Source of the DNA: a candidate division WOR-3 bacterium
Lineage (GTDB): Bacteria > Hydrothermota > Tepidihabitantia > Tepidihabitantales > Tepidihabitantaceae
Length of the DNA: 24,772 nucleotides
Direction of reading: 5' to 3'
NCBI GenBank assembly: GCA_965649205.1
Contig: CBFGJV010000026.1
Location: 1-24,772 of the forward strand
The notes beneath the pieces were generated by a model. It was not told the origin of the DNA. It did not search any database and was given only the letters and a program-made list of their open reading frames with translations. The first letter of the stretch is position 1. Each line of letters starts with the position of its first letter. The translations under genes and the position numbers were made by a program. Of the stretch, positions 1 to 6,181 are shown piece by piece.

Positions 1-90
1 CAACGGCTGACGGATAAAGGCAAAATAGCTGCGGTAAATAAGCGAGTGACCGTCAATAAGAAGGAAACGTCTAGAATCCCCTCTGTCCAT
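1..90 (-). CDS. polA: DNA polymerase I, N-terminal 5'-3' exonuclease domain (5' fragment, runs off the window)
   Basis: Not in the ORF track. Manual translation from ATG at 90 gives MDRGDSRRFLLIDGHSLIYRSYFAFIRQPL, the typical PolA N-terminal LIDGxSLxYRxYFA motif. SD GAGGAG at 99-94. Confidence 0.9.
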   Translation of the reverse strand, partial: MDRGDSRRFLLIDGHSLIYRSYFAFIRQPL

Positions 91-143
91 ATGCTCCTCG
101 GTAGCTAGGTTACGCGTATGCAGACAAACTGCATACCGGCTCT

Positions 144-878
144 TTACATCAAGGACCGAAGCCTCAGTTCGCGCGCCAGCGATTGAGCTTTGGCATAAGC
201 CTCAAAAGACGACCCAGCATCCTGCCACCACCCAGTCAACACGTCATACTCCATCTCTCCCCGATCGATGTAACAGTTGTTAACATCGGTAATCTCCAGC
301 TCATTTCGTTCTGAAGGCTTCAAGGTACGGATAATGTCGAAAACGCTGGCATCATACATATAACATCCCGTTACGACAAAATTACCATCTGGTTCCTTAG
401 GTTTCTCCACTACCCGCACCAGCCGCCCTTCCTGTAGCGTTGCCACCCCGAAACGTTCCGGGTCTGGAACCGACTTTAATAGTATCCTCGCACCACGCTT
501 CTGATTCTCAAAACGTCTTACATACGGAGCAATACTTTCCTCAAAAAGATTATCACCCAATATCGCCACCAGTCGATCGCCCTCCACAAAATCCTCTGCC
601 AACGCCAAGGCTGCAGCAATCCCATCAGAACCTTCCTGATAAGCATAGTGCAATCGCTTGAGACCAAACTCCCGACCATTAGCTAGAAGCCGCAGAAAAT
701 CACCTGCACTTTCTCCGCCTGTAACCACCATTACTTCTTGTATGCCCGCCTCTACTAGTTTTTCAATCGGATAATAGACCATGGGCCGATCATACACTGG
801 CAGCAAATGTTTATTAGTTATACGGGTCAAGGGAAGTAATCTAGTTCCCATCCCGCCACACAGCACTACGCCTTTCAC
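144..878 (-). CDS. Sugar-1-phosphate nucleotidyltransferase, glucose-1-phosphate thymidylyltransferase (RmlA/SpsI short form)
   Basis: GGMGTRLLPLT, NKHLLPVYDRPM, LGDN, EKP, RNELEITD and GWWQDAG motifs; GTG start. Confidence 0.9.
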   Translation of the reverse strand: MKGVVLCGGMGTRLLPLTRITNKHLLPVYDRPMVYYPIEKLVEAGIQEVMVVTGGESAGDFLRLLANGREFGLKRLHYAYQEGSDGIAAALALAEDFVEGDRLVAILGDNLFEESIAPYVRRFENQKRGARILLKSVPDPERFGVATLQEGRLVRVVEKPKEPDGNFVVTGCYMYDASVFDIIRTLKPSERNELEITDVNNCYIDRGEMEYDVLTGWWQDAGSSFEAYAKAQSLARELRLRSLM

Positions 879-884
879 ACGCTG

Positions 885-912
885 AGTATAGAAGTAACCA
901 CAGGCTGGTCAA
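885..912 (-). promoter_or_regulatory. Sigma70-type promoter of the nucleotidyltransferase-polA unit, probably leaderless
   Basis: TTGACC-N16-TATACT, followed by 6 nt and then the GTG start at 878; no SD. Confidence 0.65.
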
Positions 913-1013
913 GCTAATAGAATAGCCCCAACACCAAAACGCTGACTCGCATTTCTCACACCACCCTCACAAAAACCGGCCCGCTCTAACAACACTAAGC
1001 GCCAGTACTGCTT

Positions 1014-1194
1014 AATCCAAAAGATCAGCCCCGACGACCGCCGTCCGCCATTGTCTCCCGCACCGTACTTCCCTGTAAAGTTGGACCCACCCTAGCTCTC
1101 AGAACCAGTCGACGCACCATTCAGGGAGCTGGAGAGGGGCAAGTACAGTATCGACACTAACACCTCACATAACAAAAACTTAATCTGTTGAACC
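1014..1194 (-). ncRNA. Candidate ~180-nt rod-like structured RNA or decayed inverted-repeat element
   Basis: Nested minus-strand helices: 1194-1181/1027-1014, TGTTAGTGTC/GACAATGGCG, TACTGTACTT/AAGTACGGTG, CTCCAGCTC/GAGCTAGGG and apical GAATGGT/ACTGGTTC. Many G-U pairs. Confidence 0.4.
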
Positions 1195-1205
1195 TATTAT
1201 TTTTC

Positions 1206-1227
1206 TATAATACTCGTTAGTATTATA
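1206..1227. promoter_or_regulatory. Perfect 9-bp inverted repeat, operator-like
   Basis: TATAATACT-cgtt-AGTATTATA; presents TATAAT on both strands. Confidence 0.45.
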
Positions 1228-1328
1228 CCCAAGTCGAGGTGGACAACTCTATTCCACGGTCTCTATCACATAGAAGCCAACCACTGAAATCATGAGGTGC
1301 CTAAATGGTTTTGAGTCTTTTCGTGCAC

Positions 1329-2258
1329 CTATTTCTGACCAGTCAACGCAAATTCAGCCCAAACCGGCGCATGATCCGAACCGGAAAAAGGCTGGCCTTG
1401 CTCCAACAAACTACTCTCTGCTCCTGCCCGTGTGAGACAACGATATAGTCCCGCACTGACCAGTATTTGATCGATCATCTCCGGTCCTTCGGTTCCTGCG
1501 TAAGAGTATACGCCTGCAGGCATCTTGCTCGCTGCAGGAAACAATCTGCAATCCGCCTCCCCTTTGGCTTCACAATCACCCGCACGCAAACCACATACTA
1601 ACTTAACCGTAGAAGAATCAGTCAGGTCATTGAAATCACCCAGAAGTGCATAATAGTCTGCCGTTCCCCGAACCATCTCCTCATCCAGCAAGGAACGTAA
1701 TCCACCCGCCTCCAAGGCTCTGGTTGCTGCTGCCAAAGACTGTCCCAAAACTTCTCTTTGACGCTCCGGCCAGGTCCCAGGCACAGCCTCTGTTTCTGCT
1801 CGGCGGGACTTCAAGTGCACCCCAGCGACAAACAAAACGGCACTGTTAGGCAGTCGTACTTTAACCCATGGTACCGGTCTGCTGAATAGCAGTTTCTCTA
1901 CCGCCCCAGGATGTCCCGGCACTACCCCAGAATATTCTACCCACTCGCCTGTAGCCAGCACCGAAAGCTTGGTAAGAATGCCTGTGTGCAACTCGCGAGC
2001 GTCGCTGCGCGAATCACCCAGAATGTAGTTCGGGTAAATGCCACAAACATCGGCAAGGTCTTTTAAAGCTTTTTCTTCCCTTATTTCATTGACTACCACC
2101 AAATCCGCATCAATGCCGATGAGTACGTTGGCGAGTAAATGCAACTTCTCGTTGTATGCTTCATCGTCAACGAACTCACCACGACCAAGATTGCACAGGT
2201 TATAGCTAACAAGCTTAAGACGCAAAGCGTTTTCTGTAATCACGTTTCTCGCTTCCAC
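1329..2258 (-). CDS. Endonuclease/exonuclease/phosphatase (EEP, DNase I-like) family protein
   Basis: SYNxxN, DLVVVNEI, VHLKS, LGDFND, IDQIL and SDHAPV motifs; no signal peptide. Confidence 0.9.
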   Translation of the reverse strand: MEARNVITENALRLKLVSYNLCNLGRGEFVDDEAYNEKLHLLANVLIGIDADLVVVNEIREEKALKDLADVCGIYPNYILGDSRSDARELHTGILTKLSVLATGEWVEYSGVVPGHPGAVEKLLFSRPVPWVKVRLPNSAVLFVAGVHLKSRRAETEAVPGTWPERQREVLGQSLAAATRALEAGGLRSLLDEEMVRGTADYYALLGDFNDLTDSSTVKLVCGLRAGDCEAKGEADCRLFPAASKMPAGVYSYAGTEGPEMIDQILVSAGLYRCLTRAGAESSLLEQGQPFSGSDHAPVWAEFALTGQK

Positions 2259-2279
2259 CCAACTAACAATCCTTTCATC

Positions 2280-2696
2280 TCAACGATATCTCCTCATAAC
2301 GTATCTCTTGCCTTCCCGATAGTACTCGACCAATTCTGTAAGTCGAATCGCCTTACACAAGGAGTCAGCAACAACAGCCCGCTCTCTGGGTACGCAAAGA
2401 TAGAACCTGGTACCCAAGCCGGAGAAACGCCTCCATTCTTCTGCTTCCTCAAGATTGACCCTGCTTTCAGTTTCTACCTCGGCAATCAGTACGGTTGTTC
2501 CCAAGTCGGGTTGAATAACTACTATGTCCGGAAACAGTTCCTCTTTCTCCGCCGTCAGCACCGCTCGAGTCTTTTCCGGGTGATTCGCATAAGTCAAGAG
2601 ATAGGGGTGCTCTAAGCTAGGATAGTTGTAATACTCGTATTGCAAAAGCCTTACAATATGGTCATGCATGACCTGTTCGTCAACTTCACGCCCCAT
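2280..2696 (-). CDS. Hypothetical protein with a probable PD-(D/E)xK nuclease-like fold
   Basis: 138 aa; FPDIVV...IAEVET pattern followed by a helix and a FYLCVP strand; SD GGGGGAG; own promoter. Confidence 0.65.
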   Translation of the reverse strand: MGREVDEQVMHDHIVRLLQYEYYNYPSLEHPYLLTYANHPEKTRAVLTAEKEELFPDIVVIQPDLGTTVLIAEVETESRVNLEEAEEWRRFSGLGTRFYLCVPRERAVVADSLCKAIRLTELVEYYREGKRYVMRRYR

Positions 2697-2741
2697 AACT
2701 CCCCCATTTTCATATCAATTGACATGCTCTGCTCCAAGAAG

Positions 2742-2769
2742 AAGCTAGCTGAAACCATTTCTTTGTCAA
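2742..2769 (-). promoter_or_regulatory. Sigma70-type promoter for the 2696/2258 gene pair
   Basis: TTGACA-N16-TAGCTT. Confidence 0.55.
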
Positions 2770-2800
2770 TAGTCACTCGACAAAATTTGTACTACAGGGA

Positions 2801-2829
2801 TTGACTTATAGGTAAGTTTTGGCTAGATT
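2801..2829 (+). promoter_or_regulatory. Sigma70-type promoter of tRNA-Met
   Basis: TTGACT-N17-TAGATT, ending 11 nt before the tRNA. Confidence 0.65.
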
Positions 2830-2840
2830 TTGACGCTAAT

Positions 2841-2914
2841 TGCGGGGTGGAGCAGCCTGGAAGCTCGTGAGGCTCATAACCTCAAGGTCGCTGGTTCGAA
2901 TCCAGCCCCCGCTA
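2841..2914 (+). tRNA. Initiator tRNA-fMet (CAT), CCA not encoded
   Basis: TGCGGGG/CCCCGCT-A acceptor stem with unpaired 1:72; initiator-type TGGAGCAGCCTGGAAGCTCG D-arm; TGAGG-CTCATAA-CCTCA anticodon arm; GCTGG-TTCGAAT-CCAGC T-arm. Confidence 0.95.
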
Positions 2915-2930
2915 TTCCAATCTGGGCAGT

Positions 2931-3632
2931 CTAGCGTCGAACACCAGTTCGTTTTTCGACGAGCCTATCTTCCACCCATTCCACCCAGGCATCAATACCG
3001 ACATTGTTCTTGGTAGACAAGTGCATAATCGGGATACCAGGTTTCAACCTGTGCACGGCAGCGGTCAACAACTGCAGATCAAAATCTACGTAGGGCAACA
3101 AATCGACCTTATTCACTATTACTACATCCGAGCGAGAGAACATCAAAGGATACTTGACAGGTTTGTCGCTTCCTTCCGGCGTAGAAATCATCGTCACGTT
3201 GTAATGAGTTGGAAGCTCAAACTCCGCAGGACAAACCAGATTCCCTACGTTTTCGATAATCAAAAGGTCAATACTCGAAAAATTGAGTTCCTGGAAAACC
3301 GGCGACAACATCAGTCCGTCCAGATGACAAGCACCCTGCGTGTTTATCTGAGTAACCGGCACTCCCTTAGCCGCTACTCGCTCTGCATCTAGGCTGCTTT
3401 GAATATCTCCTTCTATCACGTAAATCTTGTATCTATCAGCCAGAAATTCAACCGTACGTTCTATAAGACTAGTCTTACCTGCGCCAGGCCCGGACATTAG
3501 GTTCAAACCTAACACGCCATTCGCATCCAGCAGCACACGCTGCGAAGCAACCAACGCATCGTTGCTAGCCAGTATCCTGCGCATTAGCGGAACTTCTGAC
3601 TTATTTTCCTTACCTTCTGTCGCCTGAGTCAT
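2931..3632 (-). CDS. hypB: Hydrogenase nickel incorporation GTPase HypB
   Basis: GPGAGKTSL, VIEGD, GACHLD, IENVGNLVCPAEF, DKPVKYP and NKVD motifs. Start placed at ATG 3632, which overlaps the purA stop (ATGA) and follows an AAGGTGG SD. Confidence 0.93.
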   Translation of the reverse strand: MTQATEGKENKSEVPLMRRILASNDALVASQRVLLDANGVLGLNLMSGPGAGKTSLIERTVEFLADRYKIYVIEGDIQSSLDAERVAAKGVPVTQINTQGACHLDGLMLSPVFQELNFSSIDLLIIENVGNLVCPAEFELPTHYNVTMISTPEGSDKPVKYPLMFSRSDVVIVNKVDLLPYVDFDLQLLTAAVHRLKPGIPIMHLSTKNNVGIDAWVEWVEDRLVEKRTGVRR

Positions 3633-4924
3633 TTGAACCACCTTATAAGCTTTGAGTTCATCTCTATCATATCATCTCTTTCCTTACCTACGGACACCAT
3701 GGCTATCGGACAACCAACGAGTTCTTCCAGTTTACGCAGATAACGCCTTGCCGCTAAGGGTAGTTCCGCATAAGTATTGCACCTGTTTGTGGGCTCACGC
3801 CAACCTGGCATAGTTACATAAACAGGTTCTAGTCGACACTGGGAGAACGAGCTGAACTCGTTCACTCTGCCATCAACCCCAGCATAACTTACACAAACCT
3901 TTATTTCGCGTAAGGAATCTAGTACGTCCAGCTTCGTTACCACCAGCGCGCTGAGCGCATTGTACCTTACGGAAGCGCGCACGACAGGTACATCGAACCA
4001 CCCACATCTTCTGGGCCTGCCGGTAGTGGAACCATATTCTCCGCCCAATTGGCGTAATTCCTCAGCTTCGTTTCCTATCAACTCAGTAGGAAATGGCCCC
4101 TCGCCTACTCTTGTGGTGTATGCCTTTGCTACTCCGACCACCTCTTCTACGCGCAAAGGGCTGATACCTACACCAGGCCCTACTCCCCATGCTCCGGTGG
4201 AAGAAGTAGTAACGTAGGGATAGGTTCCGAGATCCAAATCCAGGTGCACTCCCTGTGCACCCTCGAACAGGACCCTACCCCCCCTCTGCAATTCCCTTTC
4301 CACCTCAAAACTGCCATCACCCACCATCTGCACCATAGTCCTGGTTACTTTCCAGTATTCATCTGCCAGCTTTTTGGCTGAGAAAGGTTCAGCGTTGAAG
4401 CGTTCCATCAAGATAAAATTGGCTGCAGCCAGATTTCGCTTCAGTTTGCGCTGAAACACTTCTTCGTCCAACATGTCACCAGCCCTAATACCGACCCTGC
4501 CAACCTTGTCCTGATATGCCGGCCCTATTCCCCGACCCGTGGTTCCTATCTTCTGCTCGCCACCATGTTCCTCACGCAAACGATCAAGTGCCCTATGATA
4601 TGGCAAAATCAAATGACAGCGAAAATCCACCAGTAATCTACCCGCCACAGCCAACTTCATCCTACGCAACTCAGCAAGTTCTTCCTGCAAAACATAGGGG
4701 TCAATCACACAACCACACCCGATAACGCAACGGACCCCGCTGGTAAGGATTCCGGAAGGTATTTGATGAAGAACTATCTTTCTGTTCTTCACGCATACCG
4801 TATGGCCAGCATTAGGACCTCCCTGAAAACGGGCTACCATAGTGGCACGGTGAGCAAGGTAGTCCACCACCTTGCCCTTACCCTCGTCTCCCCACTGGGT
4901 TCCGACAACTACCAGACTGGGCAT
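3629..4924 (-). CDS. purA: Adenylosuccinate synthetase
   Basis: QWGDEGKGK, NAGHT, GTTGRGIGPAY, FEGAQG, GTYPYVTTS and TTGRPRRCGW motifs. Confidence 0.98.
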   Translation of the reverse strand: MPSLVVVGTQWGDEGKGKVVDYLAHRATMVARFQGGPNAGHTVCVKNRKIVLHQIPSGILTSGVRCVIGCGCVIDPYVLQEELAELRRMKLAVAGRLLVDFRCHLILPYHRALDRLREEHGGEQKIGTTGRGIGPAYQDKVGRVGIRAGDMLDEEVFQRKLKRNLAAANFILMERFNAEPFSAKKLADEYWKVTRTMVQMVGDGSFEVERELQRGGRVLFEGAQGVHLDLDLGTYPYVTTSSTGAWGVGPGVGISPLRVEEVVGVAKAYTTRVGEGPFPTELIGNEAEELRQLGGEYGSTTGRPRRCGWFDVPVVRASVRYNALSALVVTKLDVLDSLREIKVCVSYAGVDGRVNEFSSFSQCRLEPVYVTMPGWREPTNRCNTYAELPLAARRYLRKLEELVGCPIAMVSVGKERDDMIEMNSKLIRWFK

Positions 4925-4978
4925 AGGTTACCGTCTACTGGAATAGGACCGCGCTAAAGGCCCTGCGGAGACTTTTCA

Positions 4979-6103
4979 CTAGAACTGGTAGGAAAGTGAG
5001 AACTTGTAGTTTGAGGTGGGAAAGTCATATATCATCTGATCTAGCGAAATGTCAAATCTGAATCGGGCATACTCAATACCACCACCAAAGCATAGACCAA
5101 GACTTTTGAAATTGCCCAGTCCTTTACGGGTAAGAATCTCCCACGCTCCGTAATGTATGGGTGTAGCTCCCTCTCGCTGAAATACCACCCCTCCTCTTGC
5201 TCCCTCCAGGTCTTCGAAGTAAGCCGCCCGAGCAGACAAAGCCAGTTGTTCAACTCTAAAAATTCCCTCAACTGCCAATGTTTTCCAGGTCTTGCGCCAT
5301 TCGGTCGCCAACTTCTGTGCGGGTGTCCTGTTACCTTCAGGGTCATAGAACATACCCACCAGAAGCTTATTGAACTCCGGAACTATACCCAATTTGAAGT
5401 ATCTGGACTGTACTGGATACCAAGCCAGGCCAAGGCACAGACGCCGTGGCAACGGGTCTCCTTCGCCGGTATCGGTATAGGATATGTCCGGCCCAAAGTT
5501 GGCCAAAGCCAAGCCCAAAGACAAGAATCGCCAAGGTTTGTAGAGAGCACCGATGTCCAGAGCCCAGCTTAAACCGGTACCCCCCCTTTCAATGCCCAGT
5601 TCTGGCATTGCTTTCCAGACCCAGTCAGGCACCAGGAAAGAGTAAATAAACTTGGTGCCAATTCCAACCCCCAGGTTGGACAGAACCGGATAACCGTATG
5701 CCACCCCCGGTGAGACATCAAAAGTGGTGTACCTACCAAGATATTGTCCGCGTTCGTTTACCACTTCTGTTTCGCCAGTAGTAAGATAGATGATATTAAA
5801 CCCCACAGTCCCACGCCCACTCAGTTGATGAGCCACTGCACCGTATTCGTAGTACATTCCTTCATACAGACCAGGTAACCAGTTAGAATGCATCAACGTC
5901 GCTTGGGTGCGATTGACAAAAGCTAACCCCCCGGGATTGTAGTACACAGCGCTCGCATCATCAGCAATAGAAGTAAACGCACCGCCCATTGCAGTAGGTC
6001 GGGCCGCAGGCCATATCATTAAAAAGACTGCGCCCGGATTTTGGCCTCCGCCTAAAGCCGCCGTCAGAACGACTAGGCTAAGCCAGCAGGCTTTTCTAAC
6101 CAT
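4979..6103 (-). CDS. PorV/PorQ (UPF0164, FadL-like) outer-membrane beta-barrel
   Basis: Signal peptide; FLMIWPAARPTAMGGAF...DDASAVYYNPGGL; HSNWLPGL; GDPLP; C-terminal beta-signal YKFSLSYQF; lies directly downstream of the PorU-like gene. Confidence 0.85.
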   Translation of the reverse strand: MVRKACWLSLVVLTAALGGGQNPGAVFLMIWPAARPTAMGGAFTSIADDASAVYYNPGGLAFVNRTQATLMHSNWLPGLYEGMYYEYGAVAHQLSGRGTVGFNIIYLTTGETEVVNERGQYLGRYTTFDVSPGVAYGYPVLSNLGVGIGTKFIYSFLVPDWVWKAMPELGIERGGTGLSWALDIGALYKPWRFLSLGLALANFGPDISYTDTGEGDPLPRRLCLGLAWYPVQSRYFKLGIVPEFNKLLVGMFYDPEGNRTPAQKLATEWRKTWKTLAVEGIFRVEQLALSARAAYFEDLEGARGGVVFQREGATPIHYGAWEILTRKGLGNFKSLGLCFGGGIEYARFRFDISLDQMIYDFPTSNYKFSLSYQF

Positions 6104-6136
6104 TACATACTCTCCTTATGGTATTAGCGCACACCT

Positions 6137-6164
6137 ATTATAGGACACACCTTTCTAAAGTCAA
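6137..6164 (-). promoter_or_regulatory. Sigma70-type promoter of the PorV-like gene (probably also purA-hypB)
   Basis: TTGACT-N16-TATAAT; SD TAAGGAG before ATG 6103. Confidence 0.7.
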
Positions 6165-6181
6165 AAATACCAGACTATAGC

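Noticed and set aside
1040..1080. Cobalamin riboswitch-like AGGGAAgtacGGTG on the minus strand
   Set aside because: The following AAnTCC, CCCnCnACTGT and B12-box elements are missing, and the downstream gene is unrelated.
1085..1110. GGTTCTGAGAG resembling the end of group II intron domain V
   Set aside because: No AGC/CGC catalytic triad stem, no GNRA loop and no reverse transcriptase.
1025..1120. 31-codon minus-strand ORF MVRRLVLRARVGPT...
   Set aside because: No SD and no recognisable features; the fold-back explains the region better.
1160..1260. Possible oriC or dif site (AT-rich patch, GGTGGACAA, TTATGTGAGG)
   Set aside because: DnaA-box and XerC/D matches are poor, and by eye the + strand stays C-rich on both sides, so no skew switch is evident.
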